From positions 1 to 39,096 of the IMG/VR virus record IMGVR_UViG_3300045988_041986: 39,096 nucleotides of DNA. The stretch is one strand, 5' to 3'. Below are positions 1-7,396 of this stretch, one piece after another. A program made the translations under genes and the position numbers. The stretch is from a virus. Below the pieces are notes generated by a model. It made no database searches, had not been told where the DNA came from, and saw only the letters and a list, made by a program, of their open reading frames with translations. Each line of letters opens with the position of its first letter. Position 1 is the first letter of the stretch.

Positions 1-99
1 ATGTTTTATTAGAAAATACCATTTTTTGCCCTCCTTTTCTAACATTTTTTTACCCTCTTTCACAAGAGTAATTATACCCTAATTATGCCAAAAAAAAAG
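1..99. repeat. Exact 99-bp terminal direct repeat, copy 1 (circular-assembly overlap or true DTR)
   Basis: Bases 1-99 (atgttttattagaaaatacc...ccaaaaaaaaag) are identical to 38998-39096. The holin ORF start lies inside the repeat. Confidence 0.95.
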
Positions 100-120
100 G
101 GTTTTTATACCCTTTTTCAC
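51..120 (-). promoter_or_regulatory. Candidate late (lysis/packaging operon) promoter region with flanking 13-mer direct repeats
   Basis: Minus-strand TATAAT at 71-76 has no good -35. TACCCTCTTTCAC (51-63) and TACCCTTTTTCAC (108-120) match 12/13 and flank it, and a third TACCCT sits at 75-80. The region lies upstream of the holin RBS GGAGGG. Confidence 0.3.
90..117 (-). terminator. Rho-independent terminator ending the early operon (hairpin is symmetric, possibly bidirectional)
   Basis: AAAAAGGG / CCCTTTTT stem with an 8-nt loop. On the minus strand it is followed by a run of 9 T. It sits between the stop of the 200-517 gene and the holin promoter region. Confidence 0.6.
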
Positions 121-199
121 TCGTGATTTTTTTCGACCGAACCAGTTTCTGCTGTCTGCCTTTTGCATCCTTCTTTGGTGCATATCATAAGTGTTTCGA

Positions 200-517
200 T
201 CATTCATTCAACGCCTTTTTCACACCCTGATATACAGCACCATAAATGCATTTGTAAAGTTCATCATAGTCAACTGCTTTAGGCCCTTCTGTTACACTTT
301 CTGAGCCTTTAGAACCGTCAACCGGCTTTGCCTCTATATCTTCACTGCTGATGCCGTAATATTTCTCTAAGGCTTCAAGAAACCCTTTGTCGATCATTCC
401 ATTGCTTAAATAGCCATGTGATCTACCAAGAGCAATGCTCATTTTCGCCTGAGTAAGTCCTTTACTTTTGATAATGTCTTTTAATTTTTCCCTGCTGAAT
501 GTGTATATTTTTTTCAT
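200..517 (-). CDS. Helix-turn-helix DNA-binding protein, last gene of the early operon
   Basis: 105 aa. The N-terminal segment KGLTQAKMSIALGRSHGYLSNG looks like an HTH. It is followed by the terminator at 90-117. Confidence 0.55.
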   Translation of the reverse strand: MKKIYTFSREKLKDIIKSKGLTQAKMSIALGRSHGYLSNGMIDKGFLEALEKYYGISSEDIEAKPVDGSKGSESVTEGPKAVDYDELYKCIYGAVYQGVKKALNE

Positions 518-534
518 GTTTTTTTGCCTTTCTT

Positions 535-705
535 TTATCTTTTTTGCTCGATAATGATTTTTCCTTTTTCTGCCTTCACTGTGATTTCTTTTTCAGGATC
601 AAGCCCAGATTCCATTACAATCTTTTTTGATATTGTCGCATTATACGTGTTGATTTTTACATCGCCACCCATAGTTTTGTACTTCATTTTCGCAAGTTTT
701 GCCAT
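535..705 (-). CDS. AbrB/SpoVT (MazE-like) fold DNA-binding protein, putative regulator
   Basis: The track ORF is 535-720. The MAKLAKM start at 705 has AGAGGT upstream. The segment TISKKIVMESGLDPEKEITVKAEKGKIIIEQ resembles a SpoVT-AbrB swapped-hairpin domain. Confidence 0.4.
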   Translation of the reverse strand: MAKLAKMKYKTMGGDVKINTYNATISKKIVMESGLDPEKEITVKAEKGKIIIEQKR

Positions 706-732
706 TTTTTTACCTCTCATTTATCTTTAAAC

Positions 733-874
733 GCTCATGAAGTCGTTTGAGAATGCCAACACTTTATTAGTAAAAGTATTAGGAGAAACGATTTTCAGTA
801 AATGAATTGGAGAATTATAAGTCATATTATAAGTATTGCGTTTTGTGCTGACACCCTCGAACGACTTCACGAGC
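733..874. repeat. 19-bp imperfect inverted repeat pair flanking a 104-nt spacer
   Basis: GCTCATGAAGTCGTTTGAG (733-751) pairs with CTCGAACGACTTCACGAGC (856-874): 17 Watson-Crick pairs, 1 wobble and 1 mismatch. Confidence 0.7.
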
Positions 875-973
875 CATTTTTTTATATTTATTTAGTTATC
901 TTTCCAAAAGCATCCAATCGCTATCAGAACTATTGATACTGCCATGAGTAAGATTCCAATAAAATCCATATAA

Positions 974-1228
974 TTAAGCACTCTCTTTTCTTTTGTTCTC
1001 GTCCATCACATTAATTGATATGACTTTTTCTAGATTAATATGAGCCTCGTCCACGTGCTCCCAATTTCCATTCGAATCATAGAATGTGATTATTTTGTAA
1101 CCTGCAAAGTCAAAATGTGCATATCTTTCTCTATATGTTTCATCTCTTAGTAAGCTGTAAGCACCAGCACCCACGCCACCAATCACATATTTAGAACCGT
1201 CGCACATGTAAAGCGTTATACAATACAT
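974..1228 (-). CDS. Hypothetical protein
   Basis: The track ORF is 974-1237. ATG at 1228 is preceded by AAAGAGGAG. No recognisable domain. Confidence 0.5.
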   Translation of the reverse strand: MYCITLYMCDGSKYVIGGVGAGAYSLLRDETYRERYAHFDFAGYKIITFYDSNGNWEHVDEAHINLEKVISINVMDENKRKESA

Positions 1229-1233
1229 GATGA

Positions 1234-1428
1234 TCACTCCTCTTTAAGCCATTCTTTTATTGACTTACTATTTTTAAATTTACAATTTTTACATTCTTTA
1301 GGCTCATTATTAATAATTCCATGACAGCAGTATCTTTTATAAACTTCTTGAAACAAATAATCGCAGTTATGACCAAATGCATTTAAAAGCTTGTCAAGTT
1401 TTTCTTCTGCAACTTTAATAGGTTTCAT
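1234..1428 (-). CDS. Small Cys-rich hypothetical protein
   Basis: The MKPIKVAEEKL start at 1428 is preceded by AGGAGG. The protein has Cys clusters (CCHG..C..C). Confidence 0.5.
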   Translation of the reverse strand: MKPIKVAEEKLDKLLNAFGHNCDYLFQEVYKRYCCHGIINNEPKECKNCKFKNSKSIKEWLKEE

Positions 1429-1430
1429 TG

Positions 1431-1616
1431 CTATCTGCCTCCTGTAACAAGAAAATACTGCACGAAAAGAATATTCATAAATAATGAACTGCAACAGAAT
1501 ACTTTCACCTCTGTTGAGTTCCAGTTATTTCCAGTGAGAACCATGGAAATTAGAATAATTAATATACATATGTCTGATAAAAGGCATAATGCCCTGTTTT
1601 TATTCAATTTTTTCAT
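1431..1616 (-). CDS. Small membrane protein (hypothetical)
   Basis: 61 aa. The start is preceded by AAGGAG. There is a hydrophobic segment LCLLSDICILIILISMVL. Confidence 0.45.
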   Translation of the reverse strand: MKKLNKNRALCLLSDICILIILISMVLTGNNWNSTEVKVFCCSSLFMNILFVQYFLVTGGR

Positions 1617-1638
1617 TTGTGATCACTCCTTATTAAGA

Positions 1639-1770
1639 ATCCCTATATTGAAAATGAGATTAAAGAAACAAAATCTAAAAGGTATTTAATAGAATTTTCT
1701 TATGAGCCCTGTTTTGATTAGACCAGGTAACTAATGTTTTTTTTAAAAATTGGTGTATCAATATAGGGAT
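1639..1770. repeat. 13-bp perfect inverted repeat pair flanking a 106-nt spacer
   Basis: ATCCCTATATTGA (1639-1651) and TCAATATAGGGAT (1758-1770) are exact reverse complements. They fill the intergenic gap between the 1775 and 1616 genes. Confidence 0.8.
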
Positions 1771-1774
1771 ATAC

Positions 1775-2122
1775 TTATATCTTTTCTGCTTCTTCAAAAC
1801 TTTCAGTTTCTTCTAGTTCATTTTCTAAATCTTTTATTAAATCTTTAAAATAAAATAGCATTACATACAATAGTATCATTTTTTTGTCGTTTTCTTTCTC
1901 TTCTGTGCTTTTAACCCATTGCATTGCACTTTCTTTTGTATAGAATGGGCAACAATAACAGTAATTATCGGGACACTCAAGTTTACATGGCGCATCTATT
2001 TCTTTTTGAAGTTTTTCTGGTAGTGATTTAAGCAAGAATCTACATGCATACTCTCCTCCAACATGACAGTTGCCAATGAATTCACATATTGCTTCTATTT
2101 TTTTATCATCCACAAGTTCCAT
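1775..2122 (-). CDS. Cys-rich hypothetical protein
   Basis: 115-aa ORF with multiple Cys pairs (CKLECPDNYCYCC). No recognised family. Confidence 0.5.
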   Translation of the reverse strand: MELVDDKKIEAICEFIGNCHVGGEYACRFLLKSLPEKLQKEIDAPCKLECPDNYCYCCPFYTKESAMQWVKSTEEKENDKKMILLYVMLFYFKDLIKDLENELEETESFEEAEKI

Positions 2123-2141
2123 ATTTTCAACCTCTTTTCGT

Positions 2142-2303
2142 CTATTTTTCGACTAACTGAACATCTGCAGTATTTTCTTGTGACTTGACAGTGTATCCAA
2201 TGACATAATATTTCTTTTTTAATTCTGCCAGTTCGTTCAAAAACTGTTGATAAGTGAAGTAGTCTACTTTTTTCGTTAAATAGTTATTCATTTCTGATCT
2301 CAT
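2142..2303 (-). CDS. Hypothetical protein
   Basis: ATG at 2303 overlaps the upstream stop (ATGA) and is preceded by AAGGCGGTGA. Confidence 0.45.
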   Translation of the reverse strand: MRSEMNNYLTKKVDYFTYQQFLNELAELKKKYYVIGYTVKSQENTADVQLVEK

Positions 2304-2503
2304 GCTTTCACCGCCTTTATCCATAAAACACTGTTATCACTGCTAATATTTGTAACAACCATATCACCGATTCTATATAGTCTGTATTCTGTTAAAGAAA
2401 CGATATCGTGTACAGTACCTACAAAAGATTTGTCAGAAAATCTGATAATAATTAATTGGTCTGTTCTACATCTGCTTACTATTTCATTCACCCTCATCAT
2501 CAC
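2300..2503 (-). CDS. Hypothetical protein
   Basis: 67-aa ORF in operon context. Confidence 0.45.
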   Translation of the reverse strand: MMMRVNEIVSRCRTDQLIIIRFSDKSFVGTVHDIVSLTEYRLYRIGDMVVTNISSDNSVLWIKAVKA

Positions 2504-2510
2504 TCACCCC

Positions 2511-2843
2511 TTATCTGATAAATAAGTAAATCATCAACATCAGTGTAGCAGAATAGGCTACTGCGAGAATAAAGAAATCTCTGTTAGCTTCTTTATTGCT
2601 TTTAACAAGCTTATTGTTTAATTTCTGAAGTTCTTCCATCTTTTTTGAGTCTTCATCATAGATGCACAATATAGTTTTGTTTGCTTTTTCATAACTTTTG
2701 CATCTATCTTTTAAATCTTCATAATAGGCCTTTAAATCTTCAAATTCTTCTTTTAAATATGAATACTCCTCTTCTAGTTTCTTGTATTCAGCTTCCTTTT
2801 CTTCTACAATTTCCTGTACTTTTTCAGCGCTAAAAACTGCCAT
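2511..2843 (-). CDS. Coiled-coil protein with C-terminal membrane anchor
   Basis: E/K-rich heptad-like N-terminal part and a hydrophobic C-terminal stretch FFILAVAYSATLMLMIYLFI. RBS GAGGAGG. Confidence 0.5.
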   Translation of the reverse strand: MAVFSAEKVQEIVEEKEAEYKKLEEEYSYLKEEFEDLKAYYEDLKDRCKSYEKANKTILCIYDEDSKKMEELQKLNNKLVKSNKEANRDFFILAVAYSATLMLMIYLFIR

Positions 2844-3192
2844 CGCATCTAGCCTCCTCCTCTAATTTCTTTACATAGTCCTGAGTTCTTTGCATGGATC
2901 TTTCTATTTTTCTTTCTATGATTCTAGTAATTTCACGTACCTCTAGGTAGTCCATCACAAATAACTCACATATGCATATCAATACATCCGCAGTCTCTTC
3001 ATCTAAATGTGAAGCGTTGATAGGATCAAATCCATTACGTTTAACTTTAGATATTGCCTGTATCAATTCTGCATTTTCTTCCATTGCGATAGTGAGCATG
3101 TGCTGATCGCCCCATGTTTCGCATACTTCTTTAAGTTTAGGGCAATTCGATACAAGCGTATCGAATACCTTATTTAATTCCTGTGAATCCAT
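2830..3192 (-). CDS. MazG-like all-alpha nucleoside triphosphate pyrophosphohydrolase
   Basis: The ExxE (MEENAELIQA) and EExxD (LDEETADVLI) metal-binding helix motifs are spaced as in the MazG/dimeric dUTPase-like family. Confidence 0.5.
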   Translation of the reverse strand: MDSQELNKVFDTLVSNCPKLKEVCETWGDQHMLTIAMEENAELIQAISKVKRNGFDPINASHLDEETADVLICICELFVMDYLEVREITRIIERKIERSMQRTQDYVKKLEEEARCDGSF

Positions 3193-3198
3193 CTATTT

Positions 3199-3654
3199 TT
3201 ATCCTCCCATGTCTGGACAGATGCATTCCCAGACGTAATCCTGAAACCCGAAATAGGAGTCCTTCGTAATCTTCCCATTAATGATTTCAATTTCCAGATT
3301 AAACTCCATCCCTTTCTCAAAAGCGTAGATTCGCATATCAACATGATACTTCTGGCATACTTTCAGTAATTCTTCAGAACTGATAGCCCATGCGAATTCC
3401 GCATCGAGGGCAATGGTCTGAATAAAATCATCATCTTCTTTTTCAAAGCATACATCTAGATCATAAACGAATCCTCTTCTTGTGCCTTCAATCCAACATT
3501 TTTCATTACAGCCCACATATCCAAACTCGTCTAGTTCGAGTTTAGCATGTTCCTTTTTTAAAGGATCACAAGGCTTCAATCCATTTAAAACAAAATTCTG
3601 TAAATCCTTCTGTTTTCCACGTACTCTTAAAGTTCCAACGCACCAATTTGGCAT
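3199..3654 (-). CDS. DUF1281/Api92-like ferredoxin-like domain protein
   Basis: The start MPNWCVGTLRVRGK (hallmark MPNWC N-terminus) is preceded by AAGGAGG. The track ORF extends to 3681. Confidence 0.45.
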   Translation of the reverse strand: MPNWCVGTLRVRGKQKDLQNFVLNGLKPCDPLKKEHAKLELDEFGYVGCNEKCWIEGTRRGFVYDLDVCFEKEDDDFIQTIALDAEFAWAISSEELLKVCQKYHVDMRIYAFEKGMEFNLEIEIINGKITKDSYFGFQDYVWECICPDMGG

Positions 3655-3655
3655 A

Positions 3656-4132
3656 TTATTGTTCCTCCTTAATATTTTCAACAGCGCAATTTTTTAAAAC
3701 CTCTTGAATTGATGTAGGTTCTTCATCTTCCCATTTAACGAATTGAAATAAATTACTTAATAAATCTAAATCATAATAAGGTTTGTTTGTTTTCCAATAA
3801 CTTTCGTCTTTGACAGGTTTATCGTAATATACATTTAACTGCCCGTCAGAGTCTCTTGATATACACTTGTAATTTTTTTCAATCATCCATTTCAGCAATT
3901 CATACTCTAATCTAGTCAACTTAACTGGCTCTTTGTATTCAGCTAAGAGCCAGTTCATTCTGTTTTTTGTACATCTTATCTTTCCATCTTCCAGTTTTGA
4001 GAACATACAATCAGTACAAGGAAAACTGCCACATTTAGAAACTCCATTTGGATTATTTTTATTTACGGAAATATAAAAATCATCATTTACAATATTAAGT
4101 ATTTCTTCTTTAAATCTTTCTGCATTAATCAT
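3656..4132 (-). CDS. Hypothetical protein
   Basis: 158-aa ORF with RBS GGAGGA. No recognised domain. Confidence 0.5.
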   Translation of the reverse strand: MINAERFKEEILNIVNDDFYISVNKNNPNGVSKCGSFPCTDCMFSKLEDGKIRCTKNRMNWLLAEYKEPVKLTRLEYELLKWMIEKNYKCISRDSDGQLNVYYDKPVKDESYWKTNKPYYDLDLLSNLFQFVKWEDEEPTSIQEVLKNCAVENIKEEQ

Positions 4133-4147
4133 TTTCTTCGTCCTCCA

Positions 4148-4354
4148 CTAATCTAGAAAGCAGAATTTAAGTTCCATAGCATGATTGAGAAAATATGTTC
4201 TTCCTACTACGTAACTAGACATTTCATTCGCTTCTGTGATCAATACAGTGAATCCTAAATCATCAACATTTTTAATGATTCCTTTTTTCATGTATGTATC
4301 ATTTGGAAAAAGTATGATTTTTCTTCCTTTGTAATTCTCTTTGTTATATTCCAT
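4148..4354 (-). CDS. Hypothetical protein
   Basis: The MEYNKENYK start at 4354 is preceded by AAAGGAG. The track ORF extends to 4402. Confidence 0.45.
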   Translation of the reverse strand: MEYNKENYKGRKIILFPNDTYMKKGIIKNVDDLGFTVLITEANEMSSYVVGRTYFLNHAMELKFCFLD

Positions 4355-4377
4355 GTTTTTTCTCCTTTTGTTATAAA

Positions 4378-4626
4378 CTAACAACAATGTTTTTCTTCCC
4401 ATTCTGCAATTTCATCCGCATCATCAATGATTTCGCCATCTTCACAAACTAGCATTGTTTCTCTTGACCCATAATCGACAATCTGATAATTGTTAGGCAA
4501 TTCATCTGCCCATAAGTCAACGCCAAATAATTCAACGTTAAAATCATCCTCACATAACACGTTCGCAACTTCTTCCGCGATTCCTGAATTTGTAAAACTG
4601 TGATAGCCAATATGTACTTGTTTCAT
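4378..4626 (-). CDS. Small acidic hypothetical protein
   Basis: 82 aa and D/E-rich. It is preceded by the conserved 37-bp leader repeat. Confidence 0.5.
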   Translation of the reverse strand: MKQVHIGYHSFTNSGIAEEVANVLCEDDFNVELFGVDLWADELPNNYQIVDYGSRETMLVCEDGEIIDDADEIAEWEEKHCC

Positions 4627-4642
4627 GTTTTTTTCTCCTTTT

Positions 4643-4679
4643 TTCTTAAAGTCAGTGTTTTGTGTGTTATCGCTTCACT
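4643..4679 (-). repeat. 37-bp conserved leader element, copy 1
   Basis: TTCTTAAAGTCAGTGTTTTGTGTGTTATCGCTTCACT matches 7397-7433 at 34/37. Both copies lie between an upstream stop and the next RBS. Confidence 0.8.
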
Positions 4680-4686
4680 CTGTTAT

Positions 4687-4944
4687 TTACTTTGTTAATG
4701 CTCCAGTATGATGAATATAACCTGTATTCATATCAACGCTGTAATACTTAATGCTATCTTTTTCTAACTGAGTTCCGTTAACTTTGACGAATGTAATACC
4801 TCTTTTAGAAGTCCATTCTTTTTCAATTAGATCTAAGTGATTTGCTAGTGGCTCTAGCTTGCCTTCAAACTTGGTATTAAGGATTTTTCCTAATTCCTTT
4901 AAACCATTCTTTTGCGCTCTTGTAAGATTATTAGTGTTTAACAT
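4687..4944 (-). CDS. Hypothetical protein
   Basis: 85-aa ORF with RBS AAGGAG. Confidence 0.5.
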   Translation of the reverse strand: MLNTNNLTRAQKNGLKELGKILNTKFEGKLEPLANHLDLIEKEWTSKRGITFVKVNGTQLEKDSIKYYSVDMNTGYIHHTGALTK

Positions 4945-4959
4945 GTTTCCGTTTTCTCC

Positions 4960-5154
4960 TTATAAATATCTCTTTGCGTATGTCTTTGAAACAAGTGATC
5001 TAGTTCTAAAATCATATTCTTCAGTGTTTAGCCACTGTTCTGCTTCTTCCATACTATCAAATTTTTTAGCGTAGCCTTTCCATTCTCCGAACTCAAATTT
5101 TTCTGATACTCCATAAATAAAACCGTTTTTCTTAAAATAATTAATTGCTTTCAT
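4960..5154 (-). CDS. Hypothetical protein
   Basis: 64-aa ORF with RBS AAAGGAG, directly downstream of promoter cassette A. Confidence 0.5.
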   Translation of the reverse strand: MKAINYFKKNGFIYGVSEKFEFGEWKGYAKKFDSMEEAEQWLNTEEYDFRTRSLVSKTYAKRYL

Positions 5155-5185
5155 GTTTTTTTTATCTCCTTTTCTTTACAGGTAT

Positions 5186-5247
5186 ATATTACCATATTAT
5201 TACATTATAATCAATACTTTTTGTTAATTTTTGTTTCTATTTGAAAC
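5186..5247 (-). promoter_or_regulatory. Promoter cassette A: palindrome GTTTCTATTTGAAAC, A-tract spacer, -35 TTGATT, 17 bp, TGn-TAATAT
   Basis: Positions are -10 at 5186-5191, -35 at 5209-5214 and palindrome at 5233-5247. The palindrome ends exactly 18 nt upstream of the -35, as in cassettes B and C. Confidence 0.55.
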
Positions 5248-5270
5248 ATTAAATTCAGCGCTTTTTTATG

Positions 5271-5294
5271 AAAAACAGGACTTTTTAGTCCTGT
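5271..5294 (-). terminator. Rho-independent terminator after the 5285-5596 gene
   Basis: ACAGGACT / AGTCCTGT 8-bp stem with a 4-nt loop, followed on the minus strand by a short T run. The stop codon lies in the loop. Confidence 0.5.
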
Positions 5295-5596
5295 AGTTCT
5301 TCAATATATTTTGAGATCAATGCCATGTATGCTTCTCTGTCTGGCTTTTCTTCATAGTTTACAGTGATCTGCATCGCATTCAGCTTTTCCGCAATCTTGC
5401 AGGCCTTGTTGATTTTCTCTGCAAATTTCTTTGCATCTTCGATGTTCTGTGTTCCACAAGCTGACCAGTTCACACCGAATGTTTTTAATTCTGCACCCCA
5501 GCTTGGATTTTCACAAATCGAAACTGTTCTACCTTCCATAATTTTGTCTACCGCACTCATAAGTGCTGTATATTCCATGTAGTTCATGTTTGTCAT
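5285..5596 (-). CDS. Hypothetical protein (stand-alone cassette)
   Basis: 103-aa ORF with its own consensus promoter and terminator. Confidence 0.55.
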   Translation of the reverse strand: MTNMNYMEYTALMSAVDKIMEGRTVSICENPSWGAELKTFGVNWSACGTQNIEDAKKFAEKINKACKIAEKLNAMQITVNYEEKPDREAYMALISKYIEELQD

Positions 5597-5629
5597 TTTC
5601 TTTGTTCCTCTCTTTCTTTCTACAGTTAT

Positions 5630-5658
5630 ATTATAATACTATAATATAGAAAAGTCAA
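5630..5658 (-). promoter_or_regulatory. Near-consensus sigma-A-type promoter TTGACT-17-TATAAT
   Basis: On the minus strand the -35 TTGACT is at 5653-5658 and the -10 TATAAT at 5630-5635, with a 17-nt spacer. It lies upstream of the 5596 start. Confidence 0.65.
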
Positions 5659-5692
5659 ACGTTTTCATGACATTTTTTGGCAATTTTTTCAA

Positions 5693-5718
5693 TAAAAAAA
5701 GACTAGGTTTTCCTAGTC
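5693..5718 (-). terminator. Rho-independent terminator after the 5713-6036 gene
   Basis: GACTAGG / CCTAGTC stem with a TTTT loop, followed on the minus strand by 7 T. Confidence 0.65.
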
Positions 5719-6036
5719 TGTTGTTCTCAAGAAATACTGTAAGTCCTCACCATCGAAATGGTCAAGAACCCATTCATCAGCCTTTCGCCAAAGTTCATCA
5801 TACATCTCAGCAAGCATGAAGTTCCTGCTGTGATCATGTTCAAAGATTTTCCAGTTCAGAACCATAACAAGCTCTGTCATGTATTCAATGTTGTTCTGCC
5901 ATGCATTGAACGCTCTGCAATAAGTATCACGGACTGCAGGAGTACCGAAATGGTCTGCAATGCTGAAATCCTCATAGAATGTTGTGCGTGGCTTATATCC
6001 TGTCATTTCTTCAATGTTCCATGTCTTAATTCTCAT
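5713..6036 (-). CDS. Hypothetical protein, translationally coupled to the upstream acidic protein
   Basis: The MRIKTWNIEEM start at 6036 overlaps the end of the 6026-6463 gene. The track ORF extends to 6084. Confidence 0.5.
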   Translation of the reverse strand: MRIKTWNIEEMTGYKPRTTFYEDFSIADHFGTPAVRDTYCRAFNAWQNNIEYMTELVMVLNWKIFEHDHSRNFMLAEMYDELWRKADEWVLDHFDGEDLQYFLRTTD

Positions 6037-6463
6037 CGTTGTCACCATCCTCATCATAGTTGTCAATGATTTCCTGTGCGCCATCGCTCAAATCAAGATG
6101 GCATTCATTGTCGATAATGTCCTCCACGAAATTCTCATCAAGGAAGTCGCTGTAGTCACATTGATCAGTGCTAACAAGATTTCCATATCCGTTAAAGTAG
6201 AAATAATCACGGTTCGGATTGAACTCTCCATAGACTCTCTCGCCATTTTCCTCGTGCCAGGTATCATCGTCATGTCCGAAATACGCACGTCTCAGAATCT
6301 CGGTAACCTCTTTGCCTTGGTAAATCTCATCGAGCATATCCATCTGCTCGACACGGCTGTCTCCAAGGATTCCGTTCCAACTGTCTAGTTCCTCGATGTC
6401 ACGATTGAAGTCGTCCTCGTGTTCCTGATAATAGTTCAATAATGTTTCTGCTAATGTTTTCAT
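6026..6463 (-). CDS. Highly acidic protein (candidate DNA-mimic / anti-restriction-type protein)
   Basis: 145 aa, roughly one third D/E by eye, with the tail DNYDEDGDNDEN. It is driven by promoter cassette B. Confidence 0.55.
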   Translation of the reverse strand: MKTLAETLLNYYQEHEDDFNRDIEELDSWNGILGDSRVEQMDMLDEIYQGKEVTEILRRAYFGHDDDTWHEENGERVYGEFNPNRDYFYFNGYGNLVSTDQCDYSDFLDENFVEDIIDNECHLDLSDGAQEIIDNYDEDGDNDEN

Positions 6464-6488
6464 GTTCTTTCTTCCTTTCTCTTTACGC

Positions 6489-6555
6489 TTATTATAATAT
6501 CATAATATGTAAGCGATTGCAATACATTTTTCCGCATTTTGTTTCTTTTTGAAAC
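6489..6555 (-). promoter_or_regulatory. Promoter cassette B: palindrome GTTTCTTTTTGAAAC, A-tract spacer, -35 TTGCAA, 17 bp, TGn-TATTAT
   Basis: Positions are -10 at 6494-6499, -35 at 6517-6522 and palindrome at 6541-6555. The 67-bp cassette matches 8008-8074 at about 60/67. Confidence 0.6.
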
Positions 6556-6557
6556 AT

Positions 6558-7382
6558 TTAACCGTTTAATATATCCATAAGTCTTGAGTCCTGCATCTTG
6601 TTTTTTCTTCTATCCTCACCACTAACAAGTACAGGAAGACACATTTCAATAATACGGCTGTAGATTCTGGCTTTGCTTGTATCTTCTGTATGGTACAAAT
6701 CTGTATATTTAAGATTCGTTGTAATGATCATCGGCTTTCCGCTTCTGTATCTTGCATCAATGATGTTATACACAAGCTCGTTTACGTACTCAGTGTTTCG
6801 CTCAATCCCGAGATCATCAATCACAATAAGATCAAACTCGTTCAGGCTGTCCAGATACTTTTGCTTGCCTTCATACATGCCCTGAATCGTATTGATGATT
6901 CGCGCAAAGTTTGTTACCAGACACGGAACACCGTTGTCAATCAATTCATTTGCAATACATGATGCAAGAAACGTCTTTCCTGTTCCAACACCGCCGAACA
7001 AGATAAGTCCTTTTCCTGCTTTCTTGAAGTCCTCAAAGCTTCTGGCATAATTCCTGCACATGTCGCTAGCCTTCTTTGATTTCTTATCGTCGTGATCAAA
7101 TCGACATTTCTGAAGTCCTCTGTCAGGAAAGCCTGTGTTTCTGTAATCTTCTATTCGTGCCAGTCTGTCCTGTTTCTTTTTTTCAGCAACCAAGCATGAA
7201 CACATTGCAGGAAAATAGTTACCGACCGTCGGAAGCCATTTTCTTCGTGGCTCATTGCATTTCTTGCAAAATATCATGTTTCCTTCGATATACTCAGATG
7301 TATCATCACAAGTGGCAAGCATACGCTTTATTGCTTCCGCCGTCGGTTCTTCATTCTTAAATATACCGTATACGTTTTTCAT
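6558..7382 (-). CDS. DnaC/IstB-like AAA+ helicase loader
   Basis: Walker A GGVGTGKT, Walker B DLIVIDDLG, and an N-terminal Cys cluster CKKCNEP...CSC. Confidence 0.8.
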   Translation of the reverse strand: MKNVYGIFKNEEPTAEAIKRMLATCDDTSEYIEGNMIFCKKCNEPRRKWLPTVGNYFPAMCSCLVAEKKKQDRLARIEDYRNTGFPDRGLQKCRFDHDDKKSKKASDMCRNYARSFEDFKKAGKGLILFGGVGTGKTFLASCIANELIDNGVPCLVTNFARIINTIQGMYEGKQKYLDSLNEFDLIVIDDLGIERNTEYVNELVYNIIDARYRSGKPMIITTNLKYTDLYHTEDTSKARIYSRIIEMCLPVLVSGEDRRKNKMQDSRLMDILNG

Positions 7383-7396
7383 GTTTACGTCCTTCT

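Noticed and set aside
200-705. AbrB/MazE-like plus HTH gene pair considered as a toxin-antitoxin module
   Set aside because: The downstream partner looks like a DNA-binding HTH protein, not a MazF/PIN/RelE-type toxin. Its position at the end of the early operon next to the late promoter fits regulators better.
524-730. 68-aa plus-strand ORF opposite the AbrB-like gene, plus other 60-110-aa plus-strand ORFs across the window
   Set aside because: They are hydrophobic antisense translations of AT-rich coding sequence. None has an RBS or fits the operon structure, and every one overlaps a better-supported minus-strand gene.
5984-6388. 134-aa plus-strand ORF and 66-aa minus-strand alternative-frame ORF (6088-6288) over the acidic-protein gene
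   Set aside because: These are shadow ORFs created by the GAT/GAA-rich codon bias of the acidic protein. There are no start-site signals, and the acidic ORF has a promoter, RBS and coupled downstream gene.
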